Made by a program: the position numbers and the translations under genes. A DNA stretch of 64,000 bases from Octopus vulgaris (lineage: Eukaryota), in contig OX597818.1 of the NCBI GenBank assembly GCA_951406725.2, positions 91,326,001 through 91,390,000 on the forward strand. The letters run 5' to 3'. Shown piece by piece: positions 46,733-61,055 of this stretch. Position 1 is the stretch's first letter; every line of letters begins with the position of its first letter. Below the pieces are notes generated by a model, which was given only the letters and a program-made list of their open reading frames with translations, did not search any database and had not been told where the DNA came from.

Positions 46733-48430
46733 GGTTAAATTGCTCGGGGTCTGATTTGGTCCGAACCTCCAGGTGGATAAGTATTGGGAGGCGATAACGA
46801 GCAGGGTAGCCAATCTCACTCAGAAATGGGCAGATAGGTAACAGTCCCTGAAGGGTCGGGCGGAGGTGGCGCATCATCATCTAGTACCGCCTGACCGTCG
46901 TTCCTTGCTCCGCTTCTTGGCTGATCTAGCCTGGTCGCTTGCTTTTCTGATTTCTTATCGGTGGGCAGGTGTGGTCGCCGTTTGTCACACAGGATATTCC
47001 GCAGTTCGTCCTATTGACGGAACTATATTCCTGGATTAAGCTTAGACTCAGAAAGGGCGATTGGCACCTGGAGTATCATCAAGTGCTCACAGCTTTCTGC
47101 TACTCAGGCAAAGTGTTCAGTGGATATTCCACCATGGAGTACTCTAGGGGATTAATGAAGGGAAAGAGTGACGACATCATCGTGGAAACTCTGGGCATCG
47201 ACAGGGATCAATAAACTGGTCTTTTCCGGACGACGTTCGGGTCCAGGCCTATAAATAACTTCCAGGAATCTCTGACGTGGCAGTGCAACCGGGGTGCTCT
47301 ACCGGTCCGAGACAAGCTATAGAGACACGGAAATTCTATCAGACTGACCTGTACAGGTGTATGCAGCCAGATGAAACCGTCCTGTACGCATTCGTCCAAT
47401 GTCCGTCCTTTACTGATTTGTGGAGCTTTTTCGAACAGCTGTTGTCGTATGTAGGACATATCTAGTTATAACCCGAGTCTATCGAGAAGATCGTTCCACC
47501 ACCTTCCGCTGGCCGGGAAGGGAAGGCAGTTTTCCTCTGTCTAGGGGCTATTGCGAAGGAGGTAGTGTTACGGACGAGATTGAATGTACTGAAGACATGT
47601 ACTTACCTCATCGACCTTTTCAAGTTCCACTTGATAAAGAAAAGTGAGAGTAGAGAGGGAAGTTCATCACCGACCCCCACACTCACCAGTAGTCTGGGTG
47701 AATGTGGCGAGGATGGCCCGGGCGAATGAGCTTATTCTGCACTTTCGTTTGTAAACGTGAGAAGCTGTGAGAGGCGCCAGCTGAGATGCATCTGGCGGTG
47801 GGATTAACCAGAATATGTGGGGTTCCTCGGTTGTCCCTGTGAGGAATTCCCCCTTTTGAGGAATTTAATTGTTTAATTGTATTGCTATTCTTTTAAACTC
47901 CCTTTTACTTGTTTCAGTCATTTGACTGTGTCCACGCCGGGGCACCGCTTTTAGTCTAGCAAATCGACCCCAGGACTTATTCTTTGTAAGCCTAGTACTT
48001 ATTCTATCGGTCGCTTTGCCAAACCGCTAAGTTACGGGGACGTAAACATACCAGCATCGGTTGTCAAGGGATGTTGGGGGGGACAAACACGCAGAAACAC
48101 ACACACACACACTCACACACACGCACACACATATATATACATACATATATACGACGGGCTTCTTTCAGTTTCCGTCTACCAAATCTACTCAGAATGCTTT
48201 GGTCGGGCCGAGGCTATAGTAGAAGACAGCTGCCCAAGGTGCCACGTAGTGGGACTGAACCTGGAATCACGTGGTTGGTTAGCAAGCTACGTACCACACA
48301 GCCACTCCTACGCCTATGTCGCTATTGTTATTTTATTGTTTACTCGATTTTTGTGTTAAACCCCAAGTGTCAGTATTTTTGTATGCTCTATTTATTTTGT
48401 ATTCGGCCGTTGTGCCCATTAAAGAAATGA
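46733..48430 (+). mobile_element. L1/Tx1-type LINE 3' portion, interrupted by a SINE
   Basis: VKLLGV*FGPNL..YWEAI..W..R..SLKGRA; W..NRGALPVRDKL; zf-RVT-like C..C..DETVL.AFVQCP; 3' UTR shared with 4577-4940. Confidence 0.8.
47902..48314 (-). mobile_element. SINE family A full-length
   Basis: Highly similar to 2364-2798. Confidence 0.88.
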
Positions 48431-48919
48431 TTACTATTATTATTACTCGCAGGACTCGTGAATATTTCACGGAATTAATGGTAATTTATTGCATTATTTC
48501 TGAAAGCACAGCCTATGTTGTCTCTGTATCAAAAGATAGTCGCTCATCTGCTAATTATTGAAAACTGAAAGAAATTGAAATACGATGATTATTTAATGCA
48601 CTTTATATATACAATTTATATACTTTATTTATATACTTTATTTATATACTTTATTTATATACTCTCACTCTTAGCCTTACCCTCTTTTTTGTCTCCTTTT
48701 TCTTTCGCCTTTCCCTTCAACTATCGTGAAAGCGTTATAGGTAAGCTAAATAACGAAGAACAACTTAGTTTAAAAGAAAATTACGCATTTCACCCACCAC
48801 ATCTCCTTCTCCTCACCTCCCCTCCTTTCCCGGTCCCATTCCTCCCCTCCATCCACCTTCAACTAATCATCATCATCATCATTATTATTATTATTATTAT
48901 CATTATTATTATTATCATT

Positions 48920-49364
48920 GAGTGAGAGAGCAGTGCATGCCATCAAAGTGACACTGGGGTAAAATATACGAAGCCCAGTATACCCATCATGACTACCCGT
49001 CTGATAAGGGTACACTAGGCACATGCATCACAACCATATGTGCGCGACATGGTGATCTCATATCAAGATAAACAGCACATGACCTTGCAGGTGGGGCCCA
49101 GTTAGAATTTTCTTCTGGTTGATTAACCCAATCCGCTCAAACGGTCCCTGAATAAGGGTTGTTTAAGGATGTTGAACGAAACACCCATGTTTCCAAAGGT
49201 GAATTATTCAAACCCCAAAGAATCCCCCACTACTTCTGCTCGTGATCAGAGATGCACATATCTTCAGCCACTAAGGAACATGCTCAACTGGTTAAGGTCA
49301 AGCAACTGACAAGCAAATCTGTGGTATTGAACAGAATATTTGCTGTAGCCCATCTTTTATACCA
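48920..49364 (-). mobile_element. 555-bp TAA-associated element, truncated copy E
   Basis: Truncated just upstream of the internal TATAAAAG; TTA on both sides. Confidence 0.85.
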
Positions 49365-49380
49365 TTATTATTATTATTAC

Positions 49381-49431
<51 letters not shown>

Positions 49432-49445
49432 CGTTGTTTTTGTTC

Positions 49446-49515
<70 letters not shown>

Positions 49516-49789
49516 CAACGCTGTGAGCTGGTAGAATCGTTAACAAGACTCACGAGATGATCAGTTGCACTATACCCGTCTTTAAGTTCAGAGTTAAAAT
49601 TCCACCGTGGTTGACTTGCTTCTTTGTCCCATCGGCGTCGATAAAATTAATGCCAGCTATGCCTTGGTTCGATGTATTCACCAATGTTTTCGACCCTTTC
49701 TCCAAAACATCACCCTTTTCCAATAGTAGAAAGAATTATTTATTGTATTTCATTGCACAGTATAGGTACAATGCACTGCTTTTTTTTTA

Positions 49790-50805
<1,016 letters not shown>

Positions 50806-51599
50806 CTTCTGTTTTTCTTTTTTCTTTTTCATCTATATATATATATAAATATTGTCAAGCTTTAATAATATGTCTTAGACACAACGTACCTTTCTACAAA
50901 CATAATTATATAAACTATTCTATTAAGGTCAGATTTTGGGAACAGTCGCATTGCTGTCTTGATGGCCAACCTCACCACATAGTAGAATTTTGGAGCAGAA
51001 TAAATCAATTAATCTTTGATAACTGGTACAACGTATACTTTAGCAGCTGTGCGTCACCACTTCATATTTCATTTTCTGATACAGGAACATTTCGAATTGT
51101 TTTCAACTACGTTATCTGCAGCGTATTTCTTATGAAAGAAATGTATAATTTTTAATGAGGCATTCTCTTTTTTATGCCTCAACTAATTATATCTCATCCA
51201 CGGTGCATAGTCGTTCTGTCTGTTTAAATTTCGGTATCTTATGAAAGATTGGTTTAAGTTTTCATCTGGTACCAATTATCTGAGGTGTTATATCAATTTC
51301 TTTCTTTCTTTTTTTTTTTTTTGCAAATTGTTCTGTGTAAATTGAGACATCTCTTACCATCACGTCACTTGTAATTCTGAGCAAACATTTTGCAGCTTTC
51401 TACAATGTTCTCTATACATTCTCCTAGTTGATTACATTGACGGCATTTGTTCCTAGAACGGTGGAATGAACAGCCTTGTTTACTGAACTAATAGTTTGGA
51501 GCTTAAACTTGAGTACCTATCTGCATATTTCAGTATCTCTCTTTAAATCTTAAATCTGGTTCCACATTCATTATGATACATGAAATTTCCTTTCTGTTG

Positions 51600-51985
51600 A
51601 CTCATCATGATGATCATCATGATAATCATCATGATCATCATCATTATCATCATCCTCCTCCTCCTCATCATCATCCTCATCACCATCATTATCGTTACTA
51701 TAATCTTCATGATCGTCATCGACTTCGTCGTAGTCACTGACATCTTCATCATCATCATCATCATCATCATCAACATCAACATCATCATCATCATCCTCCT
51801 CATCCTCATCCTCCTCCTCATCATCATCATCATCTTCATCATCTTCATCATCATCATCATCATCATCATATCATGATCATCATGATCATCATGATCATCA
51901 TAATCATGATCATGCTCATCATGATCATCATCATCATAATCGTCATCATCATTATCATCATCATCATTATCATCTTCGTCACCTT
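51600..51985. repeat. Degenerate (CAT)n array just upstream of exon 2
   Basis: Directly visible. Confidence 0.9.
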
Positions 51986-52069
51986 CCATTAATTGTGTCA
52001 TCAGTAAATGTTATTGAATATTCTAACAGAAATAATTTTAAACTGTTTTGATTTTGCTCCTATTTTTAG

Positions 52070-52165
52070 TGATGCCGTGTAGTATGATGCCAGTTCTTGA
52101 ATTTGATGATGGAACAAAAATTCCACAAAGCATGGCTATGGCTAGATTTCTTGCAACAGAATATG
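52070..52165 (+). CDS. S-crystallin coding exon 2
   Basis: Acceptor ctatttttag and donor GTAAAG at 52166. Completes the split codon CTG and reads (L)[31 protein letters not shown](G), with the GST cis-Pro (MMP) and QS glutathione-binding motif. 96 nt, phase 1/1. Confidence 0.96.
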
Positions 52166-52325
52166 GTAAAGTAATTATTTTTAATTTGTATTTTTTCAAT
52201 TCAATTAAACAGCATTCTTAAACAGGTTAATATCTGCGTCGTCGTTCGTTCTGTTAGCAAATGGCAAGCAAATATACTGCATAAAACGTTGCATAATAGT
52301 TTTTATTCTTTCATTATTATACATA

Positions 52326-52714
52326 TTTTAGTCATTTGACTGCGGTCATGCTGGAGCACCGACTTAAAGGGTTTTTAGACAAAGAACTCGAAGCCGGCGC
52401 TTATTCTTAGTAGGCCTACAACTTATTTTATCGGTATCTTTATAAGTTATGGAGGCATAAACACACAAGCATCGATTGTCAAGTAACGGTGGGTGTGACA
52501 AACAAAGACGCACGCACGTGCATACACATACACACAGACATGCACATACGATGGCTTCTTTCAGTTTCCGTCTACCAGATCCACTCATAAGGCTTTGGTC
52601 GGCCCGACGCTCTAGCAGAAGGCTCTTGACCAATGTTTCACGCACGCAGTGTGCCTCAACCCGGAACGATGTTTTCGGGAAGCAAGATTCTTACCACTCA
52701 GCCATCGCTACGCC
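52326..52714 (-). mobile_element. SINE family A (intron 2)
   Basis: agtcatttgactgcggtcatgctggagcaccg...ttcagtttccgtctaccagatccactca...cagccatcgctacgcc. Confidence 0.8.
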
Positions 52715-52717
52715 TAT

Positions 52718-52797
<80 letters not shown>

Positions 52798-53759
52798 ACA
52801 AATGAATAACGGAAAATGTAATATACGAGACGTTTTATCATTAATCCCGACAAGTGTTTCGACACATCTGGCATCGACCCCTTATGGGTGGGACACTTAA
52901 CAACTGGTTCAGTAGTATCCGGTGGTGCAGATATGTCTCATCGGGTGATAATAGATGCAACTCGTCAAAATAACAGTTCTGCAATGTATCTTCTTATTTC
53001 GCAGAAAGAAGAGCAGGAAAACGAAATATATTTTATATAGGTTAAAAATATAATTACACATGCCAAAAAGATACAAACACGCAATATAAAGAGAAAGCAT
53101 TAAAAATAACGTTAACAGATATGGATGTAGAAATGCTCTATCGCAAGTTGCATGGCACGTGCACACTTGCTCATAGAAGCATCCACGAAAATGGAAGCAT
53201 ACGTACACGTATAGTTTAGTGCAATCACTATCACAATGGGAGCAAAAGTAGCTACTTGGTGTTTATAAGAATGGGGAGGTTAATGCTAAACTTAATTCAG
53301 CCATACGTTAAAGCAAATTATATTAACAGTTATTCAAATTCATTCCGACTGCATTGTTCGAAAGCATATTTACATGCGTGTAGAAATTCTATTAATGATC
53401 TTCTCATTACTCCACAGAATAGACAGGGATTCCTCGGAGCAGAGTCGGCATCTGGAAATGATATTTTATGGTTTGCCTGCCTTACTAAGGATCAAGTTAT
53501 GTTGTACTTAATTTTATCTTCCTTCAGTCGCCATACAAAATCGGCCAAAGATGTTGAACGTCTCTTATTGGTTCAGTTGAAGCTGGTGACATGGTCGAGA
53601 CATCGATTCTTAAATGAATCAGCCGTCTGCATAATGTAGACATACGACCCTCCGCTTCTGTGCACGAAACATTTATATACAAGATTTGTACTCATACAGA
53701 GGTTCATCAATGGGCATTTTCATTTTTGTATACATCAGCATTTATCATATGTGTGTGTG

Positions 53760-54770
53760 TGTGCGGTGTCGGAGACATCGAAGGGCCGAGAGTGCGGTTG
53801 GGGAGATGTTCAGATGTTGGGAACGCCTGGAAATGTTAAACCGATCCACAGCGCGCTGGCAGACGCCCGCAAAAAGATCGACTGCTTGGAACTGGTTAGG
53901 AGCTGGCGTCCACTCATTAGATGTAGTGTCGTGGAATAGCGCACACAACCTAACACGAGGCACATGGCTGTGGTTATCGGAACGAGTCCGAAATTCGTTG
54001 CAAGATGGAATGAGGGGGATGAAGCGCAGGCCCCTACTGAGGATGGTAACAACAGACTGAAGTGGAGAAGGGGTGGATGGGACAGAAGTGGGAGGTGTGG
54101 TGGGGATAGTGGAAGGCTGGGAGAGGGGGGATTAGGGATAGGCTTGGGGTTGGAGTCACAGGAGTGGTGGTGAGGATGGGGAAGTGTATGAGAGAGGGTG
54201 TAGGAGAGGAGTTGGGATATTGGCATCGTGTGTGATGGAATGGAGGATGACTGGAGTTTACGTTGTTTGGTGTGAACGAGAAATTCATGAAAGAGATGAT
54301 TTAAATGGGTTATGTAACGTAAATTGGAGTTTGCATGGGAGGGCGACTGAGAGGAGAAGATGGAAAAAGCAAGAGGGAGAAGGCGGTCGATGGTGTGTAT
54401 TTTGGAGAGATTAGAACGAATGGTGGAGCGCATAAGGCGGTAGGAAGTAGTACGGAGTATGGGTAGGATGATTGAAGCAGAGTGGAGAGCGGGATAGAAA
54501 TGGAGGCGGAAACTTTTGAGGATGAGGCGGTGATGAAGGCAGCGACTGAGAAAGGAAACGTGGCTAGAGAAGCGTGTTTTTTTGGAAAATTAGCAGGGAA
54601 AGATTAATAGAAGGTTGAAAGTAGCAGAAAGCAGGTGTGGAAATGTGCTTTTTATAGGCGGTGATGATGGTGGAGGAGGAAAGGTTTATAATCGGGCATG
54701 ATTGAAAGACGAGAACAGAAAGAAAGGAGAAAAAAGAGAAAAACTGGGGTAGTCGTACACAACACTTATA
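53760..54770 (-). mobile_element. Penelope-like element ORF N-terminal fragment (intron 2)
   Basis: RVRLCALFHD..SNEWTPAPNQFQAVDLFAGVC...NISPTALSALRCLR resembles the PLE pre-RT region (RLRL..FF, S.WTPP, NL...AL..LR). Truncated before the PADKG motif. Confidence 0.65.
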
Positions 54771-54896
54771 TATTCATGCATGTACATACACACACGTATT
54801 TTAACTTGCATATTACAATACCAAATGCTGGACTAAATTAATTTGAACATTTCTTTATCTATTCTTTCCTTTCTCAAAATATTTGTCTCCGTATAG

Positions 54897-55012
54897 GTTT
54901 CCATGGTAACACAAATATGGAGAAACTTCGAGTGGATTATATATCGGAATGTTTCTACGATATCCTCGATGACTACCTTAGGATGTACCACGATGAGCAT
55001 GGCAGAATGAGG
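54897..55012 (+). CDS. S-crystallin coding exon 3
   Basis: Polypyrimidine tract + gtatag acceptor. Reads (G)FHGNTNMEKLRVDYISECFYDILDDYLRMYHDEHGRMR. Phase-0 donor GTTTGT at 55013. Confidence 0.95.
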
Positions 55013-55029
55013 GTTTGTTAATCCTTTAA

Positions 55030-55680
55030 TGTATTCATGTATTCATCCATTCATCTTCACTGCTTGTTATTCCTGGGTGGATGGGGTTCGTGAATGCAGA
55101 CTCCGAAGCAACCATCATCAGTTGAAATCCATCATTAGCCGAATTCCTAAGCGTTACCACCTGAGGCTATGGATATTATCGAATCACCTCGTTCTTGGTT
55201 TACTCCTACGTCTCCTGTGGAGGCGCGTGGTTTAGTGGTTAGGAAGTTGGACTCATTATCGTACGATTGTGGTTTCCCGAGCAGCGTCTTGTGCTCTTGA
55301 GAAAAATACTTCATTTCACGTTGCTCTGGTCAACTCAGCTGGCAACAATCAATAATCCTGCGACGGATCGGCGTTTCGTTGTGGGGGAAATTCATACGCC
55401 ATGGAAACCGGAAAGCCGGCCCTTAAGAATCGTCAAGTCTCGAGAAGGTAATTTTACCCACTTTACCTAGATCTCCTGCCTGAAGGTTTGCCATGAAGAA
55501 TCCGTTTTGCAATTCTTTCCCGCAACATTCTGATCCTAAGCCCTATTAGTGACTCGACCTGGGAAAATTACCTGATCTCCGAGTTACACACCTTGTCAAG
55601 TAACGTTACTCCAGAATTCCACTTAATCAGTCAATACCGTATGAAATACAGTTCGTAATTTGAACTGTCATCTAACAGTA
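55030..55680 (-). mobile_element. RTE/L2-type LINE 3' fragment split by a family C SINE (55219-55465)
   Basis: RIAKRILHGKPSGRR...KPRTR*FDNI matches the G.R.RGRPR.RW.DNI C-terminal motif. tctcctg occurs on both sides of the SINE. Confidence 0.55.
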
Positions 55681-55698
55681 GCTCTCTCTTAGGTCTTA

Positions 55699-55846
55699 GC
55701 CGAGGTCGACTTTGCCTTTCATCCTTTCGGGGTCGATAAATTAAGTACCAGTTACGCACTGGGGTCGATGTAATCGACTTAATCCATTTGTCTGTCCTTG
55801 TTTGTTCCTTCTGCGTTTATCCCCTTGTGGGTAGTAAAGAAATAGG
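55699..55846 (+). mobile_element. SINE family B, 5'-truncated
   Basis: gccgaggtcgactttgcctttcatcctttcggggtcgataaattaagtaccag...gtagtaaagaaatagg. Confidence 0.85.
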
Positions 55847-56502
55847 CAGCTTTCTTCTTAGAATCATTGTAATTCGTGAGAGTAAAATGTCACCGTATGT
55901 TCAACAGAATCGGCAGGTCAGTTTTGGTGTTTTTCTTGAAATATATCTAGATATGTGTAAATATGGTTGAAATCTCTTTACAAGAATTACAAACGTTATT
56001 TCGTTATTTCTTTTTTGCGTATTGTTTGCACATTTGAAGGCGCAAGAATGCGGCTGTATGGCAAGAAATTTGCATCCCAATCACAGTCGCAGTGTGTAGC
56101 ACCTTATGTTTTCTACTTCATGATATGACATCCACATACTGAACAATACTTAAGTTATTATTGCCATTGTTTCTTTATGTATTTTGCAAGGCACGTTTGC
56201 TGCCACGATTTGTCACTGATGATGGATAGTCACGCAATACACATTTTATGCTGTCTTTCTCGAGTGTCATTTTCAAAGAATGTTAATAAAATAAAGAATT
56301 TTCCTTGAATTACTTGAGAGAATTGAAAAACCGCAATCTACTATGTTATCACACTTTCTCGATGCTGTTAAAAGTTTCGCACGATATATTGTGAGCTTTT
56401 AGTTCTCTTAAGAACTACTGCAATGACTACTTGTAGATCAATCTCAAATTTTCAAGATTCGATCTCACTTATCCATGAAAATTGCCTCTTAGATATTATT
56501 TT

Positions 56503-56537
<35 letters not shown>

Positions 56538-56538
56538 A

Positions 56539-56574
<36 letters not shown>

Positions 56575-56602
56575 CAGCATCAGCAGTAGTAGTAGTAGTA
56601 TT

Positions 56603-56671
<69 letters not shown>

Positions 56672-57980
56672 TGTTGTTGTTGTTGTTATTGCAGGAGTAG
56701 TAATAGTTGCTATTTTTTTTAAAACCCAAGGCCAACTATTTTGAAGAAACCACAATACTTGACCTGGTACTGTATTTTATGAAGTAATGAAACGACATAG
56801 ATTTCAGTGGTGTGGTTCTGAAACACAAACGAAAGGAAAGATTCTTGTTTTCCAGGAAAAATTGATGTTTCTTAACTTACCCAAACCATTGTGTTTCTTC
56901 ATTGTATGCTATCATACAGGGTTTACCAATAGTCACCCGACAGTAAATCAAAACTTCATGAATACTTAATATTCAGTTTTATTTATTCGTTTTAATTATG
57001 AATGCTTAATCATTGAATTTTTGAATTAAAATCACCATGTTGGGTTCTTTTCAACATTGTTTATTTATTAGCGAAGTCTCATACAAAATAATTTTTTTAA
57101 ATTTTAATCTTCGAATTTAATGGTTCTTACTTATTGTCAAGTGAGTATTAGCCAACCATGTATATACAAAACTATAACGCCATTGACCAGTTCAGAGAAC
57201 ATACAATCTTTCTCTCATTTTTATATAGAAGAACATAAGCTAGCTACAAAATTACTACTTCCCTTTCTCTGTCCACTTTTTCGTTTAATCTCTTTCCCAA
57301 ATTTGCTAGTTTGTTTTTACTTAATATGCTAAAAGCGACAAGTTCCTGATATGTTTTTTCATTAGCATGTTCTGTTTAGTGTTTACATGAACAAATAACA
57401 CAATTCTGTTTATAACAGCCAAGATCGAAGTTATGTTTCTCTTCTGCAAATGTTTAACTACTTTTGTTATGTTATTCACAAAATAAACAGACACTATATC
57501 ATTCTCGATTATAAACAAACAAGGGAAACTTTACCTTCTCTGCAAATTAAAAAAAAATGAGAACTTATTTTTCTACTATATCATAAAGGTGCCTTTTTGC
57601 TAATTATATTTTAAGCATATTGGAGTATTTTTCGTTGTTACTACAAAGTCTGAGCTCGTTTTGAAAGAGTGAACATATATTACATCTAATATATATATAT
57701 ATATAAATCAAATAAGTAAGAATGATGTGAAGGTATTAATGCAATACGATCGTTTCAGGCGGCTCCATTTAATCGAACAATGCAAGCATTACATCAATTT
57801 GAAATACATCACCATCTTCAGTTCAAAAAATATAGATTTCAACAGACAGGATATTCTAATATAAGTTTTTGCGAATATTTCATGAGAGCTACAGAATGAA
57901 AGCATTTCTTGCTGCCATTATTGTAGCAGAAATAAGCTAAGAAAGAATTTTGGAGTGGCAGAAATCTCTCTCTCTCTCTA

Positions 57981-58081
<101 letters not shown>

Positions 58082-58220
58082 CATATATGTGTGTGTGTTA
58101 GAAATACCTACATTACTAGAAATAAGAGTCAAATATTCTAATGTTGCAATCAAATCACATAATTGTTTACATACAAGCTGACCGGGACCGTAACCTCCTG
58201 AAAAGCAATGGTGGCTATAT

Positions 58221-58273
58221 TCCCAGACAGATCGCTCAGTTACGGCTTTTATGCCGTAGCCTCTTCAGTGGGA
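58221..58273 (-). ncRNA. Type I hammerhead ribozyme-like motif with one core substitution
   Basis: UCCCA-CUGAAGA-GGCU(10 nt)AGCC-GUAA-C-UGA-GCGA-UCU-GUC-UGGGA. Stems I-III and GUC triplet present; GAAA is changed to GUAA. Confidence 0.55.
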
Positions 58274-58373
58274 TCAGCCCGACTCCTCTGTTCTCGGACG
58301 ATGATCACTACCTCCATATATGTTTACACCATTGAAATTAATGGATGATTTAGCGAATCGCTAATGTATTAAC

Positions 58374-58726
58374 AAATAATTAATAAAGGCAGCAGTAAGT
58401 AATATCTACCGAAAATGAAAACTATAATCGTCATTCAATATGATTGAGGGTGTTAGAAACACCTACATTGTGAAAAGAATGAGCCCAGCGCCCTAATGCA
58501 GCAGTGAAAGAACATAATTGTATGCATACATGCTGACAGTGACTGTAATCACCCGAAAAGCAGGGGTTGAAATATTCCAAGACAGATCGGTCAGTTTTCA
58601 GTGCAGCATTAGAGCGTTCAGCTGTTATCTCTAGCAATGTAGGTCTTTTTAACACCCTCGGTCATATTTAATGATGGTTATACTTTTCCTCTTTGGTACA
58701 CTTTGCTTAGTGCTGCCTTTATTAAT

Positions 58727-58731
<5 letters not shown>
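58374..58731. mobile_element. Fold-back/MITE-like element with ~135-bp imperfect arms (intron 3)
   Basis: aaataattaataaaggcagca...gagggtgtta..acctacattg...ctaatgc versus its reverse complement at 58595-58731. Confidence 0.85.
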
Positions 58732-58789
<58 letters not shown>

Positions 58790-58895
58790 CGTATGTGTGA
58801 TGTAGATGTTAAGGCGTTTCACACTACTGAATTGATGTTAAAAATACAAAAAGAAAATCATTTGCAAAATTTATAGTGGAAAATAGTGAAGACGT

Positions 58896-59070
58896 ATTTA
58901 CGTTTTTACCTAAATATGTTTTTCCCTAAAAATTACGTTTTTACCTAAATAAATTTCGCATTTATTTACGAATTTTTACGTTTTTACGTTTTTACCTAAA
59001 AATTACGTTTTTACCTAAAAATTACGTTTTTACCTAAAAATTACGTTTTTACCTAAATAAATTTCGCATA
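58896..59070. repeat. 20-bp minisatellite (AATTACGTTTTTACCTAAA-type unit)
   Basis: Directly visible; about six full or partial units. Confidence 0.9.
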
Positions 59071-59548
59071 CTTCAAAGAGACGATTTAGTCATGCCGAAA
59101 TAAAAGGTAAAAATTAAACTGAAATGATTTGAATGAAATTAATCATTCATAATATCAGTGGTTAGGAAATTTCACGCGTCTTATGAAAATCACATGATGC
59201 TGGTGATCCGCATTCTCCAGATTACTGCTGACCAAACGTTTCGGGTTCCTTTGTATTTAGGGTGTCTCAATATTTCTAATCGTTTGTGTAAATCTGTTGT
59301 TATAATGTTGTGCCCCTACTATAATAGGTACAAATGAAAATCTGATGCCTGATTATGAGAACTGTAGGTGTCTAATTATTCCTCCATTTATATTCTCCTT
59401 TCTCCAACTTTTGATCGGACGCTTCACCGAATAGCTAATCTCTTACTACGTGACTGTTATTCTCTGTTCCATAGTTGGTATATTGTGTATATTTAAATGC
59501 ATGTTTGTGTATATATGTATGTATAAAATTATAACCTCTGTTTTTCAG

Positions 59549-59581
59549 TTTGAACAGTTTGGTGTCATGTCTAATGGAACA
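59549..59581 (+). CDS. S-crystallin coding exon 4 (33-nt loop micro-exon)
   Basis: ctctgtttttcag|TTTGAACAGTTTGGTGTCATGTCTAATGGAACA|gtaagt. Encodes FEQFGVMSNGT, phase 0/0, strong splice sites. Its position matches the variable insertion exon of long-loop S-crystallins. Confidence 0.85.
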
Positions 59582-60325
59582 GTAAGTATGAAACATTTCT
59601 GTTTATAATATGTTAAGTTTATGAGATAGTGTTTTATTTTTTTTAAGCATGTTTCCCAACTAATTTCTCTAATGAAGGTACTTCTATGATTGAGCGTCTG
59701 GAGTATGCAATCGTGTCGAACACTCACAGGTTACTAACATAATAACAGTTGGTCAATTTATTTTATGGAATGTCAGTAGTAGCATGCTATAGTGCCGGTG
59801 GATGGTAGACGCAACATGAGTCTCGGGAAGTGTCTGAGTATGGACGATATTCTATTAAGTAGTCTATTTCAGAGATTAAGTTCCATTGGCACCAGCCAGC
59901 AATCACTGCTCTCTTGCCGAGGTAGGTATTACAGGTATGGGATAAACAGCAGAGTTATTAAACTCTTTCGTTCAATCGTCCATTGTCTGAACATTACAGA
60001 TATTTCAGTCTGCGTATATATGCTGGTGAGGCTTTTATAGTCGATTTCAATGTTGCCTAAATCCTTTATAAAAATCGATTCTTTTCAAATATGTCAATCA
60101 TACAACCGATGTAAAATATACGTGACTGGTAGGAATGGTAAAAAGAGTTGTGGGATAGATGTATTTCATAGGGTTTAAAGAAATATTTTTTTCTAAGGAA
60201 AGCTTAACCAATTTCTACTAGGTCCATTTAAATATGCTGACGGCAGCAAGAGAAATGGTGTCTTAAAAATAATTTGAAGAATGTCATATGCGTGTAAGGA
60301 AGCTACGTACTGAATTCTGCTAGAC

Positions 60326-61055
<730 letters not shown>

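Noticed and set aside
50950-51540. Possible very old Penelope RT remnants (also ~23800-24010, 25050-25620, 29380-29620)
   Set aside because: Only faint motif echoes across many stops; not supportable without a profile search.
58896-59070. CRISPR-like short repeats
   Set aside because: Head-to-tail units without unique spacers, in eukaryotic intron context; a minisatellite.
59873-59934. Extra loop exon candidate in intron 4
   Set aside because: Available donors give 49, 53 or 62 nt, none a multiple of three between phase-0 introns.
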